DNA of 61,695 nucleotides from Actinomycetota bacterium (GCA_016870615.1 VGAZ01000002.1:1-61695), one strand, 5' to 3'; counted from the stretch's first letter, positions 1 through 11,199 are shown. Notes: generated by a model not told the origin, from the sequence alone. Made by a program: numbers and translations.

Positions 1-344
1 CCGCGGGCGGGATTATTGAGCCTTAAAGGCTATGCCCTGACGCACCAGGTTTTTTCAATCTTTATCCTGGTATTTGGGCCCGTGCTCCACCACCCTGACA
101 GGCAATATTATAAAATACCAGCATATTAGCAGCACAGGTCATAATTCAGGCAAAGAATATGATTCCGGCATAAATTATCCTTGCTGATTATATTCCGAAA
201 GAATTCAGATCATCAAACTGGATCCTGGATTATATCGATGCGAGAACTTTTAAACTAAATAGTAATTATAGAGTATTAGTCCAGTATCTAATAATATCAT
301 TTTCGTTTGCAGCTAAAACCTGGCGATCTAAAGCCCTTTTCTTC

Positions 345-373
345 TTGACTAATGATAGCTTATACGCTATCAT
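345..373 (+). promoter_or_regulatory. Sigma70-type promoter (TTGACT-17 nt-TATCAT) overlapped by palindrome ATGATAGC-N6-GCTATCAT; putative hicAB promoter/operator
   Basis: TTGACT at 345-350, 17-nt spacer, TATCAT at 368-373. Perfect 8-bp inverted arms at 352-359 and 366-373. The hicA ATG at 380 lies 6 nt after the -10 box. Confidence 0.55.
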
Positions 374-379
374 CATATC

Positions 380-601
380 ATGGTAAAAGATGTACTGCCC
401 AATCCAAAAAATGTTAAATTTGATGACTTGCTAAAGATATGTATAAGATATTTTGGTAAGCCAAGAACAAAGGGGAGTCATCATATTTTTAAGACACCCT
501 GGAAAGGTGATCCCAGGATAAACATACAAAAGGAAGGCAATATGGCAAAGCCGTATCAGGTAAAGCTTGTATTAAAAGCATTGGATAAATTGAAGGTGTA
601 A
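380..601 (+). CDS. hicA: HicA-family toxin (mRNA interferase)
   Basis: 73-aa ORF with a KGSHHIF motif typical of HicA/YcfA. The stop is 1 nt before the HicB-like ORF. Confidence 0.75.
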   Translation: MVKDVLPNPKNVKFDDLLKICIRYFGKPRTKGSHHIFKTPWKGDPRINIQKEGNMAKPYQVKLVLKALDKLKV

Positions 602-602
602 A

Positions 603-935
603 ATGGAAATAAAAAAATTAATTGAAAAATATACTTACAGGGTAGAATGGTCAGAAGAAGATAATCTGCATATTGCCAGGTGTCTCGAATTTCCGTCACT
701 GGCTGCACATGGAAGAACAATTGAGGCTGCACTTAGGGAAATTGAAAAAGTTGTTGAAGAATCAATAAAATGGATGAAAGAGGAAAACGAAGAAGTCCCT
801 GAACCATTTGGATTAAAAAAATATAAGGGTAATCTGACATTACGGGTTCCTGCCGAAGTTCACAGGAAATTAGCTATAAAATCTGCAGAAGAAGGGGTAT
901 CTGTTAATAAATATATTTTATCAAAGATATCTTGA
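603..935 (+). CDS. hicB: HicB-family antitoxin with C-terminal ribbon-helix-helix-like tail
   Basis: 110 aa. The N-terminal segment YRVEWSEEDNLHIARCLEFPSLAAHGRTIEAAL is HicB-like. The C-terminal LRVPAEVHRKLAIKSAEEGVSVNKYI is RHH-like. Confidence 0.8.
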   Translation: MEIKKLIEKYTYRVEWSEEDNLHIARCLEFPSLAAHGRTIEAALREIEKVVEESIKWMKEENEEVPEPFGLKKYKGNLTLRVPAEVHRKLAIKSAEEGVSVNKYILSKIS

Positions 936-942
936 TATGGAT

Positions 943-1017
943 TGGCTCCCCGGGTAGGATTCGAACCTACAACATTTCGGTTAACAGCCGAACGCTCTAC
1001 CATTGAGCTACCAGGGA
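943..1017 (-). tRNA. tRNA-Asn (anticodon GTT), CCA encoded
   Basis: The reverse complement folds as a cloverleaf. Acceptor TCCCTGG/CCGGGGA, D arm GCTC-AATGGTA-GAGC, anticodon loop CTGTTAA, T arm GTAGG-TTCGAAT-CCTAC, then G-CCA. Confidence 0.9.
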
Positions 1018-1154
1018 GCGAGGTAAGCCGCAATCTGTAATTATATTATATAAATACTTAATTTCAAGGAAAAAATCCCGATTTTACGAAAAAGAAATTT
1101 ACTGGCAACGAAAAAATATTAAAGAGGGAACAGTCACCATTTTAATAACTTTTT

Positions 1155-2252
1155 TTAAGTCTCAAGAAAATCCCTTAAAGCGCCGCTTCTGTTTGGATGC
1201 CTTAATTTGCTCAAAGTCTTGGATTCAATCTGCCTTATTCTTTCCCTTGTTACCCCAAATTCCCTGCCGACTTCCTCAAGAGTTCTGGGGTGGCCATCCT
1301 GCAGTCCAAACCTTAACTGTATGACTTTTCTTTCCCTCTCGTTTAAAGAGCCCAGTACAAGATTAAGCTGGTCCTGCAGCATAGTAAATGAAGCTGCATC
1401 AGCAGGAGCCTCTACTTCTGAGTCTTCTATAAAATCACCGAGATGGCTGTCCTCTTCCTCGCCAATCGGGGTCTCAAGTGATACAGGTTCCTGGGATATT
1501 TTCATGATTTCCCTGACTTTATCAGGTGTAAATTCCATATACTCTGCAATTTCCTCTGCAACTGGTTCCCTGCCCAGTTTTTGCAGAAGCTGTCTCTGCA
1601 CCCTTATAAGCTTGTTTATAGTTTCAACCATATGTACCGGTATTCTTATCGTCCTTGCCTGGTCCGCAATTGCCCTTGTTATTGCCTGCCTGATCCACCA
1701 TGTAGCATATGTGGAAAACTTATAGCCTTTTTTATAATCAAATTTTTCAACTGCCCTGATAAGCCCGAGGTTTCCTTCCTGGATAAGGTCAAGAAAAAGC
1801 ATGCCCCTGCCGACATATTTTTTTGCAATGCTGACAACAAGCCTCAGGTTTGCTTCCACAAGCCTGCTTTTTGCGCTCATGTCCCCTTTTTCAATCCGTT
1901 TGGCAAGCTGCACTTCCTCTGCTGCGGTAAGCAGCCTGACTTTTCCTATCTCTTTTAAGTACATCCTTACAGGATCATTGGTTGGGGATTTAACAGAAAA
2001 ATCCAGTTTCTTTTTTAAAATATCCTGGTCTTTTTTTGCCTGTATTATGCTGTCAATATCTTCATCATCTTCATTAACTATTTCAATTGAAAGATTCTGG
2101 AGAACATCGTAAATATTTTCAATCTGCTCTTTAGAAAGCTCAAGGTTTGAGAGTGTCTCGGTAATCTCTTCAGTCGTGAGCATACCCTCTTCCCTACCTT
2201 TGTTAATCAGGTCCTTAACCTCTTCAAGCCTGAATTCAGACATTCTCTTCAT
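1155..2252 (-). CDS. rpoD: Primary RNA polymerase sigma factor (sigma-70/SigA)
   Basis: 365 aa with motifs [45 protein letters not shown] and [20 protein letters not shown]. Lies downstream of dnaG. Confidence 0.95.
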   Translation of the reverse strand: MKRMSEFRLEEVKDLINKGREEGMLTTEEITETLSNLELSKEQIENIYDVLQNLSIEIVNEDDEDIDSIIQAKKDQDILKKKLDFSVKSPTNDPVRMYLKEIGKVRLLTAAEEVQLAKRIEKGDMSAKSRLVEANLRLVVSIAKKYVGRGMLFLDLIQEGNLGLIRAVEKFDYKKGYKFSTYATWWIRQAITRAIADQARTIRIPVHMVETINKLIRVQRQLLQKLGREPVAEEIAEYMEFTPDKVREIMKISQEPVSLETPIGEEEDSHLGDFIEDSEVEAPADAASFTMLQDQLNLVLGSLNERERKVIQLRFGLQDGHPRTLEEVGREFGVTRERIRQIESKTLSKLRHPNRSGALRDFLET

Positions 2253-2376
2253 TTAGTAATCACCTCAGAAAACATATAAATATAAAAGTTTTTGAAAACT
2301 TATTTAAATTGAATAAAATAGCATAAAAATAAGCTTATAATCAGGATAGGATATTTTAACTTATTTTTAAAAAAAA

Positions 2377-4311
2377 TCAATTAAAACTTCTTTTTTGTAT
2401 CTCCAGCTCATTCAGCTTTAAAATAAGAAGCCTTATCTTCTCCTGCGCTTTTTCCAGCTTTAATAACTGTTCTTTATTTGCAGCTTCTTTATTAAGGTCT
2501 TTTTTAAAATTTTCATATTTTTTAAGAAGCTGCTTGACCTGTTCAATCTTATCAGAGATGTAAAGCTTTTTAAGGTTTTTTAATACTTCCCCGGAAGCAA
2601 AATCATAATCAGAATAATTTAAAGGACTGAAAACAATCATATTATAAAGCTTTTTTAAAGATTCTCCTTTAAGCTTATCTGACGAAATTTCAAGAGGAAA
2701 GTTTAACGTGAGGTTGCTGTCTTTGCTGCTTTTTATAATGTCTTTTATTATATTGTAAATCTCTTTTGTATCATCAAACCTGAAATATTCCTCTCCTATT
2801 TCAACAATATCACCAAAGTGCTTGCCTGCGCCGTTAATGAGAATTTTTAAAGCTTCAAATTCAATATTTCTGGCAGGAGAAATACTCTTATCCCTGGCAC
2901 TGCTATTTTCAGTTGTTCCTTCACTGTACTTGGAACCGGATTTTATTTTCATTTTTTTAAGCAGCTGCTCCATTATAAGAGATTCGGCAAGGCCAAGTTT
3001 TAATGATATTTTCTTTACACAATCCTCCTGGACAATTCTTGATGTAAGGGAGGAAACAAATTCTGCAAGCTCACTTACTGCCCTGAGTTTGCTGCTAATA
3101 TCTGATATATTGTATTTTTTCAAAATAGAATTAATTGTAAAATCAATTATGCCCATTGAATTTTCAATCCTGGAATTAAATGCTTCAATTCCTTTTTTTA
3201 CTATATAATCTGCCGGATCATAGCCCTCTTCAAGTACAGCTACTTTCATATCAATATTTCCCTCATGGAAAAGATCCAGCCTCTCATTATATTCCCTGAG
3301 CCTTTCAATTCCCCTGAGTGAGGCAGATACCCCTGCAGCATCACTGTCAAAAACAAGTATAATATTTTTTGTAAAACGGCCAAGGATTTCTACCTGTTCT
3401 GTTGTAAGCGCAGTTCCAAGGCTTGCAACAGCATTATTTATTCCAAGCTGGCAAAGCGCCATCACATCCGTATATCCTTCAACTATCAGCACAGAGTCAT
3501 TTTCAACTATACTTTTCTTGGAAATATAAAGGCCGTATATATTCCTGCTTTTGGAGTAAATTCCTGTTTCCGGTGTATTTATATATTTTGCATTTTTTAT
3601 ATATGAGGATGATTCTGATGAGGCATTTTTATTTTCCTGAAATATCCTTGCACCAAAGCCCACAACCCTGCCAACAATATCCCTGATGGGAAACATTATT
3701 CTTTCCCTGAAACGGTCATATACTTGCTCCTGATGCCTGCTGCTCTGCAGTGCAAGCCCGCTTTCAATTATGTCTTTTTTATCAAAACCTTTTTTTATTG
3801 CAAAGTCGCAAAAATTGGTCCAGCCGGAAGGTGAAAATCCTGCTTCAAATTTTTCTATGGTATCTTTGTTAAATCCCCTTTTTTTTAAATAATCCAGGGC
3901 GCCTGAAGCAACTTTACTGTTAAAAAGAATATAGCTGTAATACCTGGCTGCAAGTTCATTTATTTCAATTAGCCTGCTCTTTTTTTCAGTTTGGCGCGGT
4001 GCGCCTTCCTGATTGTATTTAAGACTATAATTTATTTTTTTTGCAAGAAATTCTGCTGCTTCCAAAAACTGCAGGTTTTCCATTTTCATAATAAAGCTGA
4101 TTATATCTCCGCCTTCACTGCAGCCAAAACAATGATAAAGCTGTTTTCGCGCATCAACAGTAAATGAAGGTGTTTTTTCTTTATGAAACGGGCACAGGCC
4201 TGTGAAGTTTTTACCTGCTTTTTTAAGATTAACATAACCTGCAATTATTGTCTGTATATCAGCACGCGATTTAAGTTCTTCTATTTCACCTTCTTTTAAG
4301 CTGGCAGCCAT
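2377..4311 (-). CDS. dnaG: DNA primase
   Basis: 644 aa. Zinc-ribbon CPFHKEKTPSF...HCFGCSEGGD, TOPRIM EGYTDVMAL and VFDSDAAG. dnaG-rpoD operon order. Confidence 0.95.
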   Translation of the reverse strand: MAASLKEGEIEELKSRADIQTIIAGYVNLKKAGKNFTGLCPFHKEKTPSFTVDARKQLYHCFGCSEGGDIISFIMKMENLQFLEAAEFLAKKINYSLKYNQEGAPRQTEKKSRLIEINELAARYYSYILFNSKVASGALDYLKKRGFNKDTIEKFEAGFSPSGWTNFCDFAIKKGFDKKDIIESGLALQSSRHQEQVYDRFRERIMFPIRDIVGRVVGFGARIFQENKNASSESSSYIKNAKYINTPETGIYSKSRNIYGLYISKKSIVENDSVLIVEGYTDVMALCQLGINNAVASLGTALTTEQVEILGRFTKNIILVFDSDAAGVSASLRGIERLREYNERLDLFHEGNIDMKVAVLEEGYDPADYIVKKGIEAFNSRIENSMGIIDFTINSILKKYNISDISSKLRAVSELAEFVSSLTSRIVQEDCVKKISLKLGLAESLIMEQLLKKMKIKSGSKYSEGTTENSSARDKSISPARNIEFEALKILINGAGKHFGDIVEIGEEYFRFDDTKEIYNIIKDIIKSSKDSNLTLNFPLEISSDKLKGESLKKLYNMIVFSPLNYSDYDFASGEVLKNLKKLYISDKIEQVKQLLKKYENFKKDLNKEAANKEQLLKLEKAQEKIRLLILKLNELEIQKRSFN

Positions 4312-4419
4312 AAAATATTCACTTCCTGTATATATGTTTTTTATTATGCAGCTAACAGGGTGACTGACTTATAAGATAATACAGCATTATTATACAACAA
4401 ACTTGAAAGAGTAAAACAG

Positions 4420-5244
4420 TTATACTGCCTGTTCTTCTAAATTGTTATTGATCTCAATATCAAGCCATGCCAGATTCTCTGAAAATAAATTCTGCTTTCT
4501 GTAAAAAAGGCTGAAAAACAGGGTTATTATCATTATAACTATAAGAGGATTTCCAGAGCCATAAAATGGAAGAGAGGGCCTCAGGTAAAATGAAGTATTG
4601 CTGAAAAATTCCTTAACTTCACGCACTGCCCAGTAGCCGGTCCACAAAAAACCGTTTATGGTAAATATAGTAAGGGAGACTGCCGATATAACAGCAATAC
4701 CAAGAAGCACCTGGCCTGTTGTGTGCCTTCTTAGTTTTACCCTTGACCAGCTGACAAGCGGTATAAGCAGCAGTGTTGCAATGGCCCATTTTCCAAAGAC
4801 CATAAGATATATAAGCGAAAACATGGTTATATAGCTTGAATGAAAGCTTATTTTATAAAATACTGTTATTATTGAAATTACCGGCAGGCCCAGAAGATAA
4901 ATAAGATAGACTGTTTTTAAAAGCGCAGAGGATTTTAAAAATAATAAGACCAAAAACCCTGAGATTACACAAATATTTATAATCAGCAGCGGCAAGAGCC
5001 TTTCTTTTCTTTTTGGTATCTGTAAATCACTGATTCTTCCGGTTTTGTAAAGTAAAAGTATAAAAGAATAAGGTATTGCTGCAATAAAAAAATATGATAC
5101 AAAAAATGCAGGTAATATCTGCGCCTGTATCGACCCTGCAGGATCATAAAAACAGACTGCAACAAATATAGGCAGCGCCAGGACAGAGCCGTCAAATAAA
5201 AACGACACTATCCTGGCAAATTTAGTTATCCCTGTTAACTGCAT
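4420..5244 (-). CDS. Polytopic membrane protein, weak PAP2-like motifs (function uncertain)
   Basis: Multi-TM ORF. SFHSS and SRVKLRRHTTGQ resemble PAP2 motifs C2 and C3 (SRx5Hx3D with D replaced by Q). Start trimmed to Met32 of the track ORF to avoid a 68-nt overlap with ppdK. Confidence 0.45.
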   Translation of the reverse strand: MQLTGITKFARIVSFLFDGSVLALPIFVAVCFYDPAGSIQAQILPAFFVSYFFIAAIPYSFILLLYKTGRISDLQIPKRKERLLPLLIINICVISGFLVLLFLKSSALLKTVYLIYLLGLPVISIITVFYKISFHSSYITMFSLIYLMVFGKWAIATLLLIPLVSWSRVKLRRHTTGQVLLGIAVISAVSLTIFTINGFLWTGYWAVREVKEFFSNTSFYLRPSLPFYGSGNPLIVIMIITLFFSLFYRKQNLFSENLAWLDIEINNNLEEQAV

Positions 5245-5269
5245 AAAATCATTATATAGCAAGTTATAA

Positions 5270-7918
5270 TTATTTATCCCTGAATATTTCACCTGTTGTT
5301 TCTTTAATAACGGCCTGGGCAGCTGCAAGCCTTGCAATTGGAACCCTGTATGGTGAGCAGCTTACATAATCAAAGTTATTCCGGTGGCAGAACTCAACTG
5401 ATTCCGGATCTCCGCCATGCTCTCCGCAAATACCCACTTTAAGATCTTTTCTTGCTCCCCTGCCTTTTGCTACAGCCAATTTAATAAGTTCCCCTACGCC
5501 TTTCTGGTCAAGAGTGGCAAATGGGTCCTTTTCAAGAATCCCTTTTTCAATATAGTAGGGTAAAAATTTTCCGGAATCATCCCTTGAAAAAGCAAATGTA
5601 AGTTGTGTAAGATCATTTGTGCCGAAGCTGAAAAATTCAGCTTCAGTAGCAATTTCATCAGCAGTAAGGCATGCCCTGGGAACCTCAATCATTGTACCCA
5701 CTTTATAATCAAGCTTTACATTATTATTTTTAATTAAATCTTCAGCAATATCCACTATCTGCTTTTTGAGGATTTTTACTTCTTCAAGGATGCCTACAAC
5801 TGGAATCATTATTTCAGGTTTTACAGGCATTCCCTGTTTTACAAGCTCAATTGCAGCCTCTATTATCGCCCTTGCCTGCATTTCCAGAATTTCCGGGTAT
5901 GTAACCGGGAGCCTGCAGCCTCTATGTCCCATCATCGGGTTCATTTCATGCAAAGATACGACTGTTGATTTTAAATCCTCAAATTCTATTCCAAGTTCCT
6001 TTGCAATCTCTGCAATATCCTCATCTTCATTAGGCAAAAATTCATGAAGCGGCGGGTCAAGCAGCCTTATGGTTACAGGAAGACCTTCCATTACTTTAAA
6101 TATATCAATAAAATCCTGCTTCTGGTAAGGAAGTATTGTCATCAATGCGTCTCTTCTTGACTTCTCATCCCTTGCAACAATCATCTTCCTTACAGCCTTA
6201 ATCCTTGATGCCTCAAAAAACATATGCTCAGTTCTGCAAAGCCCTATTCCTTCAGCTCCAAATTTTCTTGCAACTTCGGAATCTTTTGGAGTGTCTGCAT
6301 TTGTCCTTACACCCATTTTACGGAACTCGTCAACCCATTCCATAAATATGCTGAAATTCCCTGAAAGCTCAGGGTCTGTTACTGGCATTTCTCCCAGGAA
6401 AAGCTCACCTGTTCCTCCATCAAGAGTAATCCAGTCGTTTTTTTCAATTCTTGTGTCACCAACTGTGAAATAGTTTTTCTTTTCAAATACTTTAATTTCT
6501 TCTGCTCCTGCAACACAGCATTTGCCCATTCCTCTTGCAACTACTGCAGCATGTGATGTCATTCCGCCTCGGGCAGTCAAAATACCCTGTGCTGTTGCCA
6601 TTCCCTCAATATCCTCAGGAGAGGTTTCTGTACGCACAAGTATAACTTTATTTCCTAATTTTGATTCCTCAACAGCATCAACAGCATGAAATACTGCTTT
6701 ACCGACTGCAGCGCCGGGTGAAGCCGGAAGGCCCTTTGCAATAACTTTTGCTTTAGCTTTTTCTTTGGGGTCAAGCTGTTTATGAAGGAACTGGTCAAGC
6801 TGTGAAGGTTCAACTCGCAGTACAGCAGTTTTTTTATCAATAAGCCCTTCATTGAACATATCAACTGCAATCTGGACAGCTGCTGCTGCTGTTCTTTTAC
6901 CTGTTCGCGTCTGCAGCATGAAAAGCTTGCCTTCCTGGAAAGTAAACTCAAGGTCCTGCATATCTTTAAAATGTTTTTCCAGTATTTCAAATATATCTGC
7001 AAGCTGGCCATATATTTGCGGCATTTCCACTTTTAATTTATCAATGCCCTGGGGCGTTCTTATGCCTGCAACAACATCCTCTCCCTGTGCATTTATGAGG
7101 TATTCACCATACTTAACGTTTTCACCGGTCGAAGGATTTCTTGTAAATGCAACACCTGTTCCTGAGTGTTGCCCCATGTTCCCGAATACCATTGCCTGTA
7201 TATTTACTGCGGTACCGAGGTTATGCGGTATATCGTATAAATTCCTGTATGAAATGGCCCTGTTATTGTTCCATGAATCAAATACTGCATTTATAGACAT
7301 TTTAAGCTGCTCTTTCGGATCCTGCGGAAAGCTGGTGCCCTTATCCTCAAATACTATATTTTTGTAATCCTGTACAAGTTCTTTTAAATCACTTGCGCTT
7401 AAGTCTGTGTCCACTTTGGCACCTTTTTCCTCTTTTTTGGACTGCAGCGCATGTTCAAATTTTTCATGCTCAACACCCATTACAACATTACCGAACATCT
7501 GTATAAACCTTCTGTATGCATCCCATGCAAATCTATCATTGCCTGTTTTTCTGATTAACGCCTGAACTGTATCATCATTTAATCCAAGGTTGAGCACTGT
7601 GTCCATCATGCCCGGCATGGATACAGCTGAACCTGACCTTACAGATACGAGCAGGGGGTTTTGTGCATCATTAAACTTCATTTCCATCTTTTTTTGGAGC
7701 CTGTCAAGACTTTTAAGTACCTGCTCCCACAGGCCTTCAGGCCACTTCTTGCCAAGCTCATAAAATAAATTGCAGGTTTCTGTTGTAATTGTAAATCCCG
7801 GCGGTACAGGAAGCCCGATATTAGTCATTTCAGAAAGGTTTGCGCCTTTGCCTCCAAGAAGCATTTTCATGTCTTTTGTACCCTCGCCAAAAAAATACAC
7901 ATACTGGTTTTCTGCCAT
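5270..7918 (-). CDS. ppdK: Pyruvate, phosphate dikinase
   Basis: 882 aa. ATP-grasp N-terminus, phosphohistidine motif GGMTSHAAVVARGMGK, and C-terminal PEP-utilizer barrel (GICGEHGGDP). Confidence 0.95.
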   Translation of the reverse strand: MAENQYVYFFGEGTKDMKMLLGGKGANLSEMTNIGLPVPPGFTITTETCNLFYELGKKWPEGLWEQVLKSLDRLQKKMEMKFNDAQNPLLVSVRSGSAVSMPGMMDTVLNLGLNDDTVQALIRKTGNDRFAWDAYRRFIQMFGNVVMGVEHEKFEHALQSKKEEKGAKVDTDLSASDLKELVQDYKNIVFEDKGTSFPQDPKEQLKMSINAVFDSWNNNRAISYRNLYDIPHNLGTAVNIQAMVFGNMGQHSGTGVAFTRNPSTGENVKYGEYLINAQGEDVVAGIRTPQGIDKLKVEMPQIYGQLADIFEILEKHFKDMQDLEFTFQEGKLFMLQTRTGKRTAAAAVQIAVDMFNEGLIDKKTAVLRVEPSQLDQFLHKQLDPKEKAKAKVIAKGLPASPGAAVGKAVFHAVDAVEESKLGNKVILVRTETSPEDIEGMATAQGILTARGGMTSHAAVVARGMGKCCVAGAEEIKVFEKKNYFTVGDTRIEKNDWITLDGGTGELFLGEMPVTDPELSGNFSIFMEWVDEFRKMGVRTNADTPKDSEVARKFGAEGIGLCRTEHMFFEASRIKAVRKMIVARDEKSRRDALMTILPYQKQDFIDIFKVMEGLPVTIRLLDPPLHEFLPNEDEDIAEIAKELGIEFEDLKSTVVSLHEMNPMMGHRGCRLPVTYPEILEMQARAIIEAAIELVKQGMPVKPEIMIPVVGILEEVKILKKQIVDIAEDLIKNNNVKLDYKVGTMIEVPRACLTADEIATEAEFFSFGTNDLTQLTFAFSRDDSGKFLPYYIEKGILEKDPFATLDQKGVGELIKLAVAKGRGARKDLKVGICGEHGGDPESVEFCHRNNFDYVSCSPYRVPIARLAAAQAVIKETTGEIFRDK

Positions 7919-8107
7919 TTTATAATTTCCTTTCTATTTGAATCATATTCCTGAATTACTATAATAAAATCCGTGGCCAGCACCACTTTTATAAAAACCC
8001 CTTGAATATACAGGGATTATATTAATTGACAAACCATGCGCCATAATTTTTCAAAAATTAAGTAATTATCCTATTTTTTTATAAAAAATCAAAATGTTTT
8101 TTACCTG

Positions 8108-10228
8108 CTACAGTATTTTTGAAAAATCAGCATATAAAAAGTACATATCAAGGCAGCACTTAATAAGATTTATCCTGTTTTGCCGCAATTTCTCATCCTT
8201 ATCCATAACAAGGACTTTATCAAAAAAATCATTTATAAAAACTGAAAAACCTGATAACTCGTCAAGCATGGATTTAAATTCCCCGGATTTTTCCATTTCT
8301 TTCATACATTTTTGTCTTTCAATGAGCTCCCTGTAAAGAACCTTTTCTGCTTCCTCCTTAAAAAGACTGCTTTCAACATCGGTAAATTTTTTATCTTTTA
8401 TAATGTTTTTACATCTTATCATTGGCTCTGCCAGCAGGGAAAGATTTCCTCCGCTGTCCAGATATGAAAAAAGCTCCGTGTATTTTAAATCAATATCTTC
8501 AGTAAATGCAAGCCCGGTGCTTCTTATTGCTTCAAAAATATCTGTTCTTTTCTGTTCTTTTTCCAGTTTAAACTTATACCTGGCAAATATAAAATCAGTA
8601 ATCTCCAAGGCAGTTTGCCCGGGATTTTTAACAGCTGCGCTGAAGCTTTCATTAAAAAGGCCGGCTGAATATTCTGCCAATTTCAATATATCAATATTAT
8701 AATTCTTTTTAAGGGTGCCCAGTATAATACCTGAAGCCTTTCTCCTTAAAGCGAGCGGATCCTCTGAGCCTGAAGGGACACTGCCGGCCAAAAAAATACC
8801 TGTGATGGTATCTATTTTATCTGCTATTGAAAGTATTGCGCCAGTATCAGATTCAGGAAGCAAATCATCTGAGAAACGCGGCAGGTAGTGTTCAAAAATG
8901 GCATCAGAAACACTTTTATTTTCCCCTCTTTCCAGTGCATATTCCCTGCCTACAAGACCCTGGAGCTCAGGAAATTCCACCACCAGATTTGTTACAAGGT
9001 CACATTTACAGAACCTGGATGCTTTCGAAAGATCCTCTGCCAGTCCCGGATTATTAAATATATGGCCTTTTTGCTCCACATGGTTTTTAATGAATATGCA
9101 TATTTTTTCAAGCCTTAAAGCTTTATCATAAAGGGAACCCATTTTTGAATAAAAAACCATGCCTTTCAGCTTTTCAAACCAGGATTTAAAACTGCTGTTT
9201 TTATCTTCCTCGTAAAAAAACTTGGCATCACTTAAACGGGCTTTCAGCACTCTTTCATTGCCTTTAATTATTGCTCCGGTTTTATCAGTTAGGCCATTTT
9301 GCACTGTAATAAAATTTGTAGTAACAAGTCCATTTTGATCTATAACTGCAAAATACCTCTGGTGATGCTGTATTGCCTTTATCAGTATTTCCCTTGGAAT
9401 ATAAAGATACTGTTTTGGAAATGTCCCTGAAAGTACATTTGGTATTTCAACAAGATTGACCACTTCTTTTATAAGATCATCATCCAGCACTGCTTTCATT
9501 TTCCCGTTCCAGGAATTTTTTTCGATATTATTTATCTGTCCGAGTATCATTTCACGCCGTTTAGAGGATTCAGGCATGACAGATGCGGAATTTTCCAGGA
9601 AATTTATATAATCGGTAAAGCTGCTTATTTCCTTAATTTCAAGCTGCCTGTTGCCTGATGCCCTGTGGCTGTATGTTTTATCAGAAGAACATACATTTTC
9701 AATCTCAAACTCTATTACAGAACCGTTAAAAAGCGCAGCTATCCACCTGATTGGCCTTGCAAATTTAAATGAATAATTGCCCCATGTCATTTGTTTTGAA
9801 AAAGATAGGGAAAATATTGCCTTTTTTAAAATACCCGGTAAAAGATCTGCGGTTTTTTTTGGCTCTTCAGTGTATCTGTATCCGATGTAAACACCTTTAT
9901 CTGTTTCTACTTCAACAAGCCGGGCCGCGTCAATACCGAGGTTTTTTGCAAATCCGAGAGCAGCCTGAGTATATTTGCCCGTGCCCTCATAAGCAATTTT
10001 TAAAGGCGGGCCTGTCAACACTTTTTCAGTGCTTTTCTGCATTTCAGACAAATTATCTGCATATGCGATTATCCTTCTTGGCGTTGCAAGAACAATGCAG
10101 GAATTAAACTCAATACTGCTAATTTCCAGTCCGGCAGAAAGAATATTTTTAAAGTTTTTTAAAACTTCAATTATACAGGATGAAGGCAGCTCTTCAGTGC
10201 CGATTTCAAGTAACAGGTTTTTTGCCAT
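8108..10228 (-). CDS. glyS: Glycine--tRNA ligase beta subunit
   Basis: 706 aa. The N-terminus MAKNLLLEIGTEELPS is characteristic of GlyS. Lies immediately downstream of glyQ. Confidence 0.93.
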   Translation of the reverse strand: MAKNLLLEIGTEELPSSCIIEVLKNFKNILSAGLEISSIEFNSCIVLATPRRIIAYADNLSEMQKSTEKVLTGPPLKIAYEGTGKYTQAALGFAKNLGIDAARLVEVETDKGVYIGYRYTEEPKKTADLLPGILKKAIFSLSFSKQMTWGNYSFKFARPIRWIAALFNGSVIEFEIENVCSSDKTYSHRASGNRQLEIKEISSFTDYINFLENSASVMPESSKRREMILGQINNIEKNSWNGKMKAVLDDDLIKEVVNLVEIPNVLSGTFPKQYLYIPREILIKAIQHHQRYFAVIDQNGLVTTNFITVQNGLTDKTGAIIKGNERVLKARLSDAKFFYEEDKNSSFKSWFEKLKGMVFYSKMGSLYDKALRLEKICIFIKNHVEQKGHIFNNPGLAEDLSKASRFCKCDLVTNLVVEFPELQGLVGREYALERGENKSVSDAIFEHYLPRFSDDLLPESDTGAILSIADKIDTITGIFLAGSVPSGSEDPLALRRKASGIILGTLKKNYNIDILKLAEYSAGLFNESFSAAVKNPGQTALEITDFIFARYKFKLEKEQKRTDIFEAIRSTGLAFTEDIDLKYTELFSYLDSGGNLSLLAEPMIRCKNIIKDKKFTDVESSLFKEEAEKVLYRELIERQKCMKEMEKSGEFKSMLDELSGFSVFINDFFDKVLVMDKDEKLRQNRINLIKCCLDMYFLYADFSKIL

Positions 10229-10311
10229 TTTTTTTAACTAATTATTTTTTAAACTATGAATATTCATTCAAGATTTACCTGAGAGATAGCATGTATTGCG
10301 CAAATATACAG

Positions 10312-11199
10312 CTAGACTATTACAGCTTTATTGCTTTTTAAAAGCGGGTAACCCGCATCCTCTCTCTGTTGTATATAAGCTGCGCACAGAGTTTTTGCAA
10401 GATTTCTCACTTTAGCTATATAAAGTGTCCTTTCTGAAACACTTATAGCTTCCCTGGCATCCAGCAGGTTAAAAACATGGGAGCATTTAAGTACATACTC
10501 ATGCGCAGGATATACAAGGTTTTTTGATATAGTTCTTTCAAACTCCAGTTCATATTTTTTAAATAAATCTTTAAGCATTTCAATATTGGCAACTTCAAAA
10601 TTATACTCTGACCATTGCTTCTCAGACTCCAGCAGAATATCACCATAAGTCAGCATTCCGTTCCATTTAAGCTCCCAGAAACTGTCTTTGTCCTGCAAAT
10701 ACATTGCTATTCTTTCAAGCCCGTATGTAAGTTCAGCAGAAACAGGCTTCAGTGAAAAACCCCCCATCTGCTGGAAATATGTAAACTGGGTAATTTCCAT
10801 GCCGTCTGCCCATACTTCCCAGCCAAGCCCTGCAGCCCCTATGGTGGGCGACTGCCAGTCATCCTCTACAAACCTTATGTCATGGCACTCAAGCCCAATT
10901 CCCAGCCTTTCAAGAGAGCCAAGATACTGCTGGACAACATCGTCAGGCGAAGGTTTTAAAAGAACCTGGAACTGGTAATAGAATTGTGTCCTGAAAGGAT
11001 TTTCCCCATACCTTCCATCTGTTGGCCGCCTGCTTGGCTCAACATATGCAACATTCCATGGCTCAGGACCAAGGCAACGCAAAAATGTATCTGCATTAAA
11101 AGTTCCCGCCCCTTTTTCAAGATCAAGGGGTTGCCTTATGATACAGCCTTTTTCTGCCCAGTATTTCTGCAGGTTAAAAATAATATCCTGGAAATTCAT
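10312..11199 (-). CDS. glyQ: Glycine--tRNA ligase alpha subunit
   Basis: 295 aa. [19 protein letters not shown]... and [11 protein letters not shown] are highly conserved GlyQ sequence. Confidence 0.95.
   Translation of the reverse strand: MNFQDIIFNLQKYWAEKGCIIRQPLDLEKGAGTFNADTFLRCLGPEPWNVAYVEPSRRPTDGRYGENPFRTQFYYQFQVLLKPSPDDVVQQYLGSLERLGIGLECHDIRFVEDDWQSPTIGAAGLGWEVWADGMEITQFTYFQQMGGFSLKPVSAELTYGLERIAMYLQDKDSFWELKWNGMLTYGDILLESEKQWSEYNFEVANIEMLKDLFKKYELEFERTISKNLVYPAHEYVLKCSHVFNLLDAREAISVSERTLYIAKVRNLAKTLCAAYIQQREDAGYPLLKSNKAVIV

Noticed and set aside
1-129. Open plus-strand frame at the window edge (...GLLSLKGYALTHQVFSIFILVFGPVLHHPDRQYYKIPAY*), and the similarity of positions 1-25 to the tail of repeat element A.
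   Set aside because: It is too short and has no recognisable motif to call a CDS. The repeat similarity (about 14/18) is truncated by the window boundary.
5245-5337. N-terminal 31 codons of the track ORF 4420..5337. The same issue applies to 23126..23233 of rsmE and 55528..55617 of the binding protein.
   Set aside because: These extensions overlap the upstream gene by 60-110 nt and precede internal Met codons that match the conserved N-termini or signal peptides.
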